A stretch of DNA of 64,000 bases. Source: Paramoeba atlantica. Taxonomy: Eukaryota > Protista > Discosea. The stretch covers positions 1-64,000 of the forward strand of contig CDRNVI010000046.1 of the NCBI GenBank assembly GCA_977017575.1, read 5' to 3'. Below the pieces are notes generated by a model that saw only the letters and a list, made by a program, of their open reading frames with translations, was not told the origin of the DNA and made no database searches. Shown here piece after piece: positions 40,759 to 51,445 of this stretch. The stretch's first letter is position 1, and each line of letters opens with the position of its first letter. The position numbers and the translations under genes are program-made.

Positions 40759-43700
40759 TGTTGTTTCTGTACCTTGTTGAATTATTTTTCAATTTTGTAC
40801 TAAACGTATCTTCCGGAGCATGGCCTCCAATGACCCCTTACCTGCTCCTGTCGCGCACGACGACCTCCCTCGAGGATCTGTCAGCGCGAGGCGACACAGT
40901 CAAGCGTTTCACTTTAGCAAAAGTCGCGCAGTATCTATGAAGCTGCGCTTATCAGAAAGCACACTCTGGTCTTACTTTCCTGACACACATGCAGCAGCTG
41001 TTTTCCTTACCGAAGAGTTTATTCTCGAGCGTACACACGGCTGAAGCTTCCTTCGGTAAGACCCTCCGAACAGGAGCCAAAAGAGATGATGGCTTAGTCA
41101 TCGAGAAATGCAACCTGCAAGAAGTTATCGATCATGAAGCATGTGACTACGTGGAGTACCCAGAAATACAGGACCCCCATCGAATCTTCCGGCACGCGAG
41201 CTGGGCCTCAGCGTACAGCGACGAACACTTGGATCTTTGTTCTCACTATGCCTCCGCTCAGACATTTGGAAAGGCAGTTCTGAAGAAACTAAATGGGTGC
41301 AACGTACCCGGTCTATCCCATCTTTCAGTACGACATATAGCCCCTGTTAACCAGACGGAGAACCAGTCTTGGAACCGATGTTCAATCACATTCGACGCCC
41401 CTTACAAAATCAGAGCCGGTGATCACTCCCTACCACTCCTCAACAAACCCGACAAAACTCCCATGCCCTGTGCCCATCGATGCCGCAATGAAGCAACATG
41501 CCTACATCCATGCTGCAAAATTATCGACACGACACCTGCCACCGCAGACCCAACCTTAACAGACGATGTACCTTTCACCCAACCAATGACGACAGTCAAC
41601 CCAAGCACTCCTGTCATGAATCCTGAAAGACGTCCCTGTCGGCACACATGTCGAGACAAACAGGCATGTGGACATATATGCTGCAAAGTGGGAGTACTCG
41701 TTGAACAGAGTACGTCTACGCATACACATCATGAGGCGCCATCCAGAGCGGGAGTTCCTCATAACCACTTCCTTCCTCCCTTAGTTAACACCCGTAACCA
41801 CCCCGCTACGCCGTCTGCAGGAATAGAGAGCCCGGGGTCCGGCGATTCTCGTGCACCCCCATCACCAATACCAACCAATCCTGAGCACGTGAACCTGCGC
41901 AACTCGACATCCAACATCCAGTACCGTCCGTGCCTGCACCAGTGTAGTGACAAAACGATGTGTAAACATCAATGTTGCAAAACTGGGGTTCGTGTCTCCC
42001 CAGAGGAGGCAACGAACGCGAGATGGTCACTAAGGGGTCTTCTTCCCTGGCCTAACCAAAGTTCCAGCGCCCCGATAACGACGAGGGCCTCGTCAACGGA
42101 GAGAAATATCACAGCTGAGACCCTTCGAGACGACGGAAATAGGCAAAGACAAATCCAGCAAATGGAACACCCAACAAGTAATACAGGACGCGAAACCGGG
42201 CTCCCAGAAAGCACACCTCAAAGTACCAGTAGCGGAGTACTGCAAGGAGAACGACGCCGTCCATGTGCGCATAAATGCAATGACAAGACACAATGCAAGC
42301 ACGATTGCTGTAAAAAGGGGGTGCTTCTTAAAGCTGGAGAGATGGTCTGCTCTGCGCTACTATGGACAGCGCGTGGACTCGCTGGTATCCCAGGCAACCC
42401 TCCGATAGCGCGCGATGCTCCCGTGACGCAGTCAACTGTTCGAACTGAATCAACAGAGTCCACGAGAAGGATAAATCACACTCGGGTGAATCCCGGTGAA
42501 TTCCCAGTGTATGTAATTCCTAAGTCTCCCGAACAGCAACAGGTGCAGGAAACCCCGGAAGTTCCCCTTCCATTACCTCTACCAGCCCCCGATACCTCCC
42601 TAGCAACACTGCTCCCAGAAACAGTCCTCCGAGCAACGGCTCCCGATACGACACCTGCGCCAGAATACCAAACAATACTTCAGAGAGTCGCACGAGCTCA
42701 TGAAGTTACCGAGAGTTCTACACCTACGCCCTCTGAGCTTGACATTCTGTTGCGGACATCACGCACTATTGCGGGGGGCCGCGCACTGGTGCGCTTCAAT
42801 GACCAGCAGTGGAGCCAGGTATTATCAAAGATTGAGATGCGCTGTAGGGAGTTCCTGCGACCTGCAACGAACGCGGACGATGCACTGCTTAAAGCGGATA
42901 TACTATCGGCCATACTGTCGGTGTCTGTCTTCGAAATCGCTCAAGAGATTGACCCTAGGCGAGGTTTCATGCTCCGTACAAACATGGGCCACGCAAAACG
43001 CGGATTGCGCCCACTGGCCATAGACAGAACACAAAAACAGCTTGTTGCACACATTCGCCAACTAAAACGTTCACTTGCCTTCATGCATGGCGCAGAGCGC
43101 AACAAGCAGAGAGGGATGATCAAGCAAGCAGAAAAGGCGCTGAAGTTCTACGAAGAAGCCACTCTTCAGAAACAAGAAATCGAACGCAGATGGGCCCTCA
43201 CCCGTTTCCAGCGAAATCCCTGGACAGCCGCTGGTATGTGTCTGGATAGCCATGAGGAAGAGGCGCGTGAACACGGTACAACCTTCCCAACAGCGTCCAT
43301 GAGTGAAATCGAAACCTTCTTTGCGGAGTCTATGTCTAAACCCGAGACCAACTATACCATTCCATCCGACGAGTTCCTTGGCCCACGCCCGCTAGAATCC
43401 ATGAATTGGACAGAAATTGATGCCGGTACTATTGCTGCTGCATTGGTCTCGAAACGGGCAGGCGCCGCTCCGGGATCAGACACCGTGACGAATGCACTTC
43501 TGAAACGTTGCTCAAGCATCTACACCTATATCGCACAAATTTTTAATGATGTCCTTCAATTCGGTATCTGCCCACTTACGTGGAAAACTGCTGTAACCCG
43601 ACTGATACATAAAGGTGGCGATCCTAAGCGCATCGAAAATTGGAGGCCAATTAGCCTCACCAGCTGCCTTGGAAAGCTCTTTCACTCCATTATTGGACAC

Positions 43701-45792
43701 CGAATCCTTCAACACGCCCTGGAGACGAATGCGATCGACACAACTATCCAGAAAGGCTTTCTGCCTGGTATGAATGGAACGGTAGAGCACACTCAAGCCC
43801 TATGTGAACTCATTGAGCACCAACGAAGCCATAAACGGCAATACTGTCTTTCCCAGTTCGACATTAAAAACGCATTCGGATCGATCCCTCATAATATTCT
43901 CTTCCAGTCTCTCCGTTGGGCCCGCGTCCCCTCACCCATCATCCAATACATTGAAAACCTTTACCATAAGGCCTCTCTCCAAATCAAATGCAGTGAAGGA
44001 CTCACCAAACCAATCGAAGTCGGACGGGGCGTACTACAAGGTGACACTCTCTCCCCAGTACTATTCAACCTCTCAATGGAGTTGGTGCTGCGTTTTGTCC
44101 GGTCTAGCTGTCCAAAATACGGTATTACATGGAACGACGACGAGGTGTTCCTCAAGGCTTTTGCCGACGATCTTACCATTCTCACGAACACTCCCAAAGA
44201 AATGCAAAACGCGACCCATGTTTTGGTGAAAGCTTTATCCCGTGTAGGAATGAGGCTCAATGTACAGAAATGCAGGATGCAACATATGGCAATGACTACA
44301 GACTCAGGTTACATGACTCGCCGCCCGCAGATATTGGTCGATGGCGCCCAAATCCCCCACATTTGCGACCAAGGCAGCACATTCTTAGGAATGACACTCG
44401 CCCCGGGAGCCCAACAAGGGAACATTCTCTTCCAAAAGTTGCAGGCCCGCATGCGCACGTGGTTACGAAATATATCTAACAGCGCCCACGAACTACCTGC
44501 CCGTTTATGGATCTACAACAATGGTATTATCTCCCGTCTTCGATACTGCTTTGTTGTGCACGCGTGTCTTAGTTTTAATCACGTCCTGCGCCTTCAAAGG
44601 TATGCAACGAATGCGATTCGGAAATGGCTAAATCTCGCAAAAACGGCTACCAGCGAGCTCTTATACTCCCAACACGGTTGGAACCTCACCAGCCTATCCA
44701 AACTTTGGCTCCTCTGTGCAGCAGAAACGGCGAAACAGATGGAAAAATCCCGCGACCCCGCGGTTCTGCATGCATTGCGCGTCAGGATACGGAGGGAAGA
44801 AAACAAACGGTCATCTGGACATGTACGCCCACCTTCCGAAATCTACAGCACAGATAGAAGTGAAGTACGAAGAATGATTGGCGAGGAATATGAGAGACAC
44901 CTCTCCCAAGCAGTACAGCGCCGTACCTCTGTTGCCGGTCAATGGTTCCGCATAGCAACCGAAGAAGACTTAGCTAAGGACTTTGCCGCAGCACTTTGTG
45001 ATTTGAAAAGCGAGAGCCTCTCACGTTTCACAGCCTCCGTCCTGACACAAGCTCCCTTGCCGACACGAGTAGCACTCCGCAAATGGGGAATGTCGAGCCA
45101 CGTAAACGACGAATGTCCCATATGTGAAACAGAGCAACAAAGCTCCCGGCACGTTCTCTCTGGCTGCGCGAAATCCTTAGAGCAAGGGAGATACACCCTG
45201 CGACACAATATGATCTTACTAGCCCTCGCAAACGCTGTAGCGACCTCTCCGTCGACGAATGCGTTCCATTTCGATCTTCCACAGTTTTCCACTGTCCCGA
45301 CTTGGCTCACGGAATTAGATACAGAGCTCAGACCGGACGGGTGGGTAAGGCTGCATAATGGTGAGGAATACATAATAGAGCTAACTTCTCCATGGGAGGA
45401 GAACTTTTCACACGCCCACGACCGCAAAGTTGCGAAATACTCCAGGTTGTATCATACAAGGAAATTGCAACACCCACGCACGTTTCTCTTGGTGTTCGAG
45501 GTGGGTGCCAGGGGGAAACTTGCTAGCTCCATTCGACCGCTCAACTCTCTTTTTATGGGAGAAAAATATATTGTTTCTGAGTGTCGAAAGGAAATGACGA
45601 GAAGTGCCCTGCGTGGCAGCTTCATCATATTCCAAAAACGCGACTCAAAGACCTGGAACAATGAAACACAGTTTGCTGAGGTCGCCTAAAGGTGAATGGA
45701 TACCACACGTTCTGTGCGTGTGTTCTGGACATTTTATTTTCCTGTATCCATTCATAACCAATCTCTGCACTATAAGTGTATGACAAATAAAC
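40759..45792 (+). mobile_element. RLE-type non-LTR retrotransposon, element 2 (one frameshift near the 5' end)
   Basis: Homologous to element 1 throughout. ATG at 40820, frameshift at ~41005-41025. SL-like sequence at 40759-40779; conserved 3' hairpin at 45761-45783. Confidence 0.92.
40820..45689 (+). pseudogene. Frameshifted non-LTR polyprotein: 4x C/H zinc motif, RT, CCHC, RLE
   Basis: 40820-41044 (MASNDP...YFPDTHAAAVFL) continues in the 40989-45689 frame: WRPISL, QGDTLSP, FADD, CPICETEQQSSRHVLSGC, LRPDG, ELTSPWEEN. Confidence 0.92.
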
Positions 45793-46177
45793 TCTTACAA
45801 AATGGTGCAGCTTTTATACCGGAATGTCATGTGATGAAGGTGAAACGAGGTAGGCTACCTCGTTCCGCTACCGTAGCGGATCCCAAGCAGAGGTTGAAGT
45901 TTTGGAAGTGGATGATATTCCTGAAGAACGTACAAGCAAGCATGCAAAGATTGTTGCTAATACCAAGGTACGTGGTACGCTAGAATTAAGCCTACGTAAG
46001 TAGGGTGGAGAATGCCAAGTGTAAGTAAGAAAGTAGGTAAGTACGTTCCTATTCTTGTAAGTGTGTAACATAAAAGATCTTTTGGGGGCGTAGATTTGGA
46101 GGCGTAGATAAACTCCGAATTAATATTTTAAATATTTTTGTCCAATATTTGCCATATTTCCTTTTTATAACTTTAAT

Positions 46178-46645
46178 TTGGTGCTTTACATGCCATCAAA
46201 GGAAAGCGAGCTCACAGACAACGGACTTACATTGGCCGTGTTCCAATATCTTCTTCACGAATATGGACTCGAGCGAGAGGTTATCGATGCAGCTTTTAGT
46301 TGGCTCTACAGTGGCGGACAATGGTCATTTGTGGCGAAATGCATGGACAAGAGAGGATGGAGTTTACGGTCATGTCAGGATAAGATTCCCGCTTTTTTTA
46401 AACAAATGTTTGATTCTCTTTCTTCGGAATGGCTAACCAATCCTCCGGAAGAAATGATAAATGACAATAACAATACTACACCTGGATTTTGGCCTAGCGA
46501 TGTTAAGATATGTATGGACACGGTACCTATTTCGGTTGATGCGCGCCCGCATTGCTACAATCCCAAATATGCTGAACACGTTATAAAGGCTATGGTGGGA
46601 TGCACCATGACAGGATACATATGTTTTTTGGGTAGGGAATTGTAT
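46178..46645 (+). mobile_element. Harbinger/ISL2EU-like (DDE_Tnp_4) transposase, N-terminal half
   Basis: ICMDTVPI...YNPKYAEHVIKAMVGCTMTGYICFLGRELY, interrupted at 46645. Confidence 0.7.
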
Positions 46646-47450
46646 GCAGAAATCCACGCCGAGGGGGCTCCATGAAACATATAGGTAACAAACAAATATA
46701 AGTAAATACCTATGACTAATATAATCACACTTCCAAATCGTCCCAAAATCCAAGAACACATAATACGATATATAGATAGAATTGACACGCACAAACATAG
46801 TTCAAAAGAAAGCCTGCATAAAACAAATATTCATGTGTCACGTTGTTAGCGGGATTCCCCCCCACCGAAACCCTCGGGCAACCTGCCCACACACACGTCA
46901 CACAATCAATATAATAAACAAAAGAAATGCCCAATCACATAGTAAAACAATGTTTGATATACTTTCCCAGAACTCACGAAAGGATAACGATAACAATAGA
47001 TGACCGGTCCACTGCCACGCCCTTTACAAGCTCACACGAGCTACGCAGGTTACGCTTTTAAACTCTGTCCTAGACCAACTTGTGTACCTAGAAGTGTGGA
47101 GCAACTAGGCGTGATGCGTAGGGCCGTGTCAACAGTGACGCAGCTAAAAAACATTAAGGCGCTAACCGTAGAGCAAAGGAAACCTTTACTCATCTTTACC
47201 TCACATTGGGGAACCTTGCTTCCGAAAAAACAAGGCGTGAGAATAAAGACCTGCTAACCGATTAACATCCATAACCTTCCAAAATTATAGGGACAACCTC
47301 CATACCCCAGGACTCCGTCCGCTCTTTTTTTTTGGTCTTTGTTTTTTTTCTTTTTTTCTTGTCTTTTTTTTGTGCATGTCAGTATAAGACTCTTTCTTTT
47401 TTTCTTGTTTTGCTTTTTTTATTTCTTTTTGTATTTGGTGATCCTGTCCC

Positions 47451-48494
47451 TTAGGGTTTTCTCTGAAAATGACTGTCTACCTTACTAATGTCTCTCTCGA
47501 TCTTACCTTTATATCTCTCAACCTTCTCCATCTCAATCTCCTTCCCGCGACTGACAGCATCCGCCGGGTTCTCAACCGTGGATATATACGCTGCCTTCAC
47601 ACAAATACCTTTCTCCTCTGTCAGTCGCAGGACTTCGCGCAATTCCATTGAAACCCCCTCTGACTTGGAGATCCTCCTGTTCAGTGCAGCCTGACAGGAG
47701 GTGTTATCAACAAAAACATCCAAGCAGGTTCCACGGGGGCAATGCGCGGAAAACTTGTCGAGGGCTAAGCGGACTGCTGCAGCTTCCGCACGATTCACCT
47801 CATACGAGGAGGACTCAGGCCACGCCTCTCCCGTAATCAAAACCTCTCCGCTGTCTAAATACATAATCGCTCCCCACCCTTTCACCGAGGCATCGGTGTA
47901 GAGACGATGCTTGTGTGGAACAACAACGGGATGGGGAGGTGGAGACCGTGGAACATTCTCCAGCAACTCGTTTCTCCACTCTGCTAGCATGGAGCGAGTG
48001 ACGACAGGGAGTGCGACCGGACGGTCACATAACTTCGGGCAACGTTTCAACAAGTTGATGCGCCGTTGCGCCACCTTTAAAGCGAAATAAAATCGCGGCA
48101 TATTGAGCCGGAGAACTGCGGAGCCGTAAATGAGACGCCCCACCACCGCCTCTAGGTCCACAAAGGAAATGTTGAAGAAAGAGTCAGCTCGCAGTTTCCT
48201 AATCACTCGCGGTCCCAGGCAGACCGTGTGCGCGTTATGGTCGAACGCCACCCCATTGAACACGTACTGTGCTACAGGGGGTTGACCCTGATCTTTAAAA
48301 AGACCGTTCGCCTTGTCGCAACGCTCGTCAATGAACTGAGCGTACGTGGTGGCCTCGGAGTGGGTTCCTGCAAACAGAACTCCGATACAACATAAACGTC
48401 GATAGCGCCTCGGTGAAACGAGTAGCGCTGAGAACAGACCGACGTCTCGCCAACAATCGCGGCGGTAACCGTGTGCATAACCTCCGGTGCACAC
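47451..48494 (-). CDS. RT C-terminus plus RNase H of the YR retroelement (frameshifted continuation)
   Basis: LYTDASVKGWG, EVNRAE, VFVDNTS, STVENPADAVSR. Confidence 0.88.
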   Translation of the reverse strand: MCTGGYAHGYRRDCWRDVGLFSALLVSPRRYRRLCCIGVLFAGTHSEATTYAQFIDERCDKANGLFKDQGQPPVAQYVFNGVAFDHNAHTVCLGPRVIRKLRADSFFNISFVDLEAVVGRLIYGSAVLRLNMPRFYFALKVAQRRINLLKRCPKLCDRPVALPVVTRSMLAEWRNELLENVPRSPPPHPVVVPHKHRLYTDASVKGWGAIMYLDSGEVLITGEAWPESSSYEVNRAEAAAVRLALDKFSAHCPRGTCLDVFVDNTSCQAALNRRISKSEGVSMELREVLRLTEEKGICVKAAYISTVENPADAVSRGKEIEMEKVERYKGKIERDISKVDSHFQRKP

Positions 48495-51265
48495 CTATGG
48501 CCCATCGGGAGGACGTTCATCTCATACACGTCTCCACTGTTCGTTCTAAGGCGGAATTTGGGCCGCGCCCTCTTCGGGATACCAATCTGGTAAAACCCGC
48601 ACGTGAAGTCCCGCTTCACAGCCATCGGCTCGTGCGCCTTATGAAGATACTTGGAGGGATGATATAATGGGACCTTTGGTTCATATGATTTTAATCTATC
48701 GTTATCGTCCCTTGTCCACGAAATAAATCTTCTGCGCTGATTGCCCTCATCATCGGTCTCCACAACCGTGAAGGGAATCATGAACTGCATCGATGGGCGC
48801 TTTCTCAACTCCTGCGCCGGGACCTTAGAGATTATGCCTGCGTCCTCCAACAATCGGACATCCGCCTCAGGCAACGAACCTTTCACACTAGGTTCGGGGT
48901 ACGGGGCTTTAGGTACCCATAATAATTCATCCACTACCTTGCGAAAACGAGTGGCAGCTGACAGACTCATCCACTCTTTAACCTGATCCACATGGATAAC
49001 AGGTATCGACTTCTTAACGTGCAAAGGTAGGTGAGCGTCGTGTGCCTTGGCTAGCCGTGAAGAGCGGCGTGCACAAACAACGGAGTGCCTGCGAAGGTAA
49101 GGCACTTCCTCGAAGCACTTTGCCACGTGCTCCGAGGTTACAGCACTGGGAGACGTGCTGAGACTCTCTGCGTCCCGAGAGCCCTTGCCGTTGTAATACT
49201 GCTTGCGTTGTAGCGCAACAGTGATTCGACGTTGAGGTGTTTCGTGAGGTTCTGGACGTCCTCCATCCTGAGATTCCCGAGGGAGATCTCGTGGAATAGG
49301 TAAGTAATTGCACCTCTTTTTATGGAATGTGTTCCATACCCCGGACCGAGAAGGTGATTCATCCTGTGGTCCATCTCCCGGACCGTCGTGTAACACAGGC
49401 GCTGGCCTGGTCTCAAACTTCCCACAAACTGAGCCAGTTCGGGTGTCCCCGGTCCAGTCACTATCGCGTAGAGGTACGGCCGGTAAGGATTCAGACGGGT
49501 TGTCTTGGTCCCCCTGCCCCAATAAATGATTACCTGGTGACTGGCCACACTCACGAACTGCTCCCGCCTCAGGTCGGCGGTCTCGGTCCATCTCGCAGCG
49601 GCTTTCCAACACAGGAGGCAACACATGCTCTCCTTTACGTCGAGGTGACGTCTCAGCTTCTTTAGAAGAAGTGGCGTGATTGGTAGCATCTGCCGCGTGG
49701 GTTCTAGCCCCCCCTGCGCCTGCAGGGCCTTTACGTAGAGACTCAATGGGGTACCTTCGATTCCCATGAGCTCGAACAGAGTCCTCAATGCCCCTGCGTA
49801 CCCCATGCGCGTCGAGGTAGCGAGAGGCAGAGTCTCCAGGAAGAGCACCGCGTTTGCAGGATTCGCGGTGATTCCCTTCGCCTGGCAATACTCGCGCAGG
49901 CGGAACCATAATCGCTCCCTTGTGGCCCACGTGGCCGTTGCCCACATGGGCTGGAGCGCCTCGCCCAACTGGGTGGCGCGAGGATCGTCGACGGGCATCC
50001 TCAGAATGGCCTCGAGCAGCTGCTTCCGGTGTTTTCCTGGCGGCTGTGCGGCGTCGGCGGGTACGACGGCGGCGGTTTTGGCGCTCATCCACAACGAGCT
50101 GACCGTAGCGGTCCTGAGGATCGTCGTCACGGTGCAACCGCTGTTGCACACGTTCGACAGCAACGCCCGCCGCAGCCCAATAATGGTTGCGAAGCTCTTC
50201 GATGATGAGAAGGGCTACGGCGAGGTTGTGCTTCTCTAGCCATCCCTCCGTATTGCAGGCAGCGTACACCCATTCAGTTAACATCTTGAACAGGCGCTCA
50301 CGCTGCGGCGGAGGGTTAAAGCGTACCCCAAGCTGCGGAGCTTCGCGCAGCTCACGGATGAGTTCACGTGGCTTGAACAAATCATCCGTGTCGATCCACG
50401 GTTGCCAAGTAACCGGATCGTAGGGGGAGAAGCCTTTCAGGTCCGTAATACGGACGCGTTCAAACGTGGGGATCAGATCCTCAACTGGTTTCCCACCTGG
50501 CATCTGCGCTCGGACATGGTCCAGTTCCAAAGAGTGGTAGTTGATCTCGGGATGGGGAAAACGGTAGGCAGTGTTCTTGTCCCCATCCCACTCGGCGAAC
50601 AACTCAGTTGAGTTAGGGTCCTTGGGATGCGTCATATGCACCAACCCTATAACCGTCTGCCGTAGGCCATCCCGGGGGAGAGACCATACAGCTTCAACGG
50701 TGACCTCGTAGTCTTTGCGCAGAAGCTCGATCACTTTCGTGATGAACTCTTCTTTGCTAGATTGTGTCATGATCCCACGCGCATCACAGCATGAACGCTG
50801 AGGCATCCCGACGTGGTTAAGGTCGAGGGCCTCGTAACGGCGCGGCGAGCGAGAAGCCTCAACCTGGTCAGGGTTGAGGGTTCCTCTACGTCGAATATGG
50901 GGCTCCGGAGCCTCCAGCGGAAATGGATACGGGCTAGGGAGGGAGCTCGCCGGCAAACTGGGGAGGTTGGAAGGGAGAGGGCTAGGCGGTTCGCGGGCGG
51001 GGCTGAGTGCTCTTCCTGAAGGGCGTACCTTGCGCCGCGCCGGTCCAGGGGTAGGGGGAACAGGAGGAGGCCGCGCGGATACCTGCGGAGCCGGCTGCGT
51101 GGGGAGAGGAGGGAGAGGGGGGCGCACGAGAGGACATGAAAGAGACTGGCGTTTGGAACGGGCAAAAGAGGAGGTTTCAACCGGTGTTGGCGCCCGGTCA
51201 CGCTTTGGAGAGCGATCACGGTCCTGGCTCGGCTCCTGAGGAGCCCGCAAACGTTGGGATCTCAT
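48272..51265 (-). CDS. gag-like plus RT N-terminal ORF of the YR retroelement
   Basis: 997 aa; C-terminal RT motifs RRRFISW, DFTCGFYQI, LPMGHRCAPEVM, DVYV; frameshift at the expected catalytic motif (~48390). Confidence 0.85.
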   Translation of the reverse strand: MRSQRLRAPQEPSQDRDRSPKRDRAPTPVETSSFARSKRQSLSCPLVRPPLPPLPTQPAPQVSARPPPVPPTPGPARRKVRPSGRALSPAREPPSPLPSNLPSLPASSLPSPYPFPLEAPEPHIRRRGTLNPDQVEASRSPRRYEALDLNHVGMPQRSCCDARGIMTQSSKEEFITKVIELLRKDYEVTVEAVWSLPRDGLRQTVIGLVHMTHPKDPNSTELFAEWDGDKNTAYRFPHPEINYHSLELDHVRAQMPGGKPVEDLIPTFERVRITDLKGFSPYDPVTWQPWIDTDDLFKPRELIRELREAPQLGVRFNPPPQRERLFKMLTEWVYAACNTEGWLEKHNLAVALLIIEELRNHYWAAAGVAVERVQQRLHRDDDPQDRYGQLVVDERQNRRRRTRRRRTAARKTPEAAARGHSEDARRRSSRHPVGRGAPAHVGNGHVGHKGAIMVPPARVLPGEGNHRESCKRGALPGDSASRYLDAHGVRRGIEDSVRAHGNRRYPIESLRKGPAGAGGARTHAADATNHATSSKEAETSPRRKGEHVLPPVLESRCEMDRDRRPEAGAVRECGQSPGNHLLGQGDQDNPSESLPAVPLRDSDWTGDTRTGSVCGKFETRPAPVLHDGPGDGPQDESPSRSGVWNTFHKKRCNYLPIPRDLPRESQDGGRPEPHETPQRRITVALQRKQYYNGKGSRDAESLSTSPSAVTSEHVAKCFEEVPYLRRHSVVCARRSSRLAKAHDAHLPLHVKKSIPVIHVDQVKEWMSLSAATRFRKVVDELLWVPKAPYPEPSVKGSLPEADVRLLEDAGIISKVPAQELRKRPSMQFMIPFTVVETDDEGNQRRRFISWTRDDNDRLKSYEPKVPLYHPSKYLHKAHEPMAVKRDFTCGFYQIGIPKRARPKFRLRTNSGDVYEMNVLPMGHRCAPEVMHTVTAAIVGETSVCSQRYSFHRGAIDVYVVSEFCLQEPTPRPPRTLSSLTSVATRRTVFLKIRVNPL
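49138..50163 (-). CDS. Tyrosine recombinase, nested in an alternative frame of the gag-RT ORF
   Basis: AARW.E (R), GTKT (K), THSIKRGA (H..R), KH...LLRY (H, Y). First ATG at 50088. Confidence 0.9.
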   Translation of the reverse strand: MLSNVCNSGCTVTTILRTATVSSLWMSAKTAAVVPADAAQPPGKHRKQLLEAILRMPVDDPRATQLGEALQPMWATATWATRERLWFRLREYCQAKGITANPANAVLFLETLPLATSTRMGYAGALRTLFELMGIEGTPLSLYVKALQAQGGLEPTRQMLPITPLLLKKLRRHLDVKESMCCLLCWKAAARWTETADLRREQFVSVASHQVIIYWGRGTKTTRLNPYRPYLYAIVTGPGTPELAQFVGSLRPGQRLCYTTVREMDHRMNHLLGPGYGTHSIKRGAITYLFHEISLGNLRMEDVQNLTKHLNVESLLRYNASSITTARALGTQRVSARLPVL

Positions 51266-51445
51266 TGGGACAAAAACTTAACGCGTAGTAAAATAACAAC
51301 TTAACAAGGATATATAAGATAATAGTAAATACCCAGCCCATGTAAAATTCGGAATACAAATCATAATTCGAAGAAACTATGTGCCCCGAAGGGCCAGCAG
51401 GCAAATACATAACAGCCCCTCGGCTAAATTTCAAAACGTGGACTA

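Larger units (their letters stand above)
46646..51445 (-). mobile_element. Tyrosine-recombinase retrotransposon (VIPER/TATE-like), 4800 bp
   Basis: Order gag-like, YR, RT, RNase H. Boundaries are defined by the in-frame rejoining of the interrupted transposase; short imperfect inverted termini. Confidence 0.88.
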
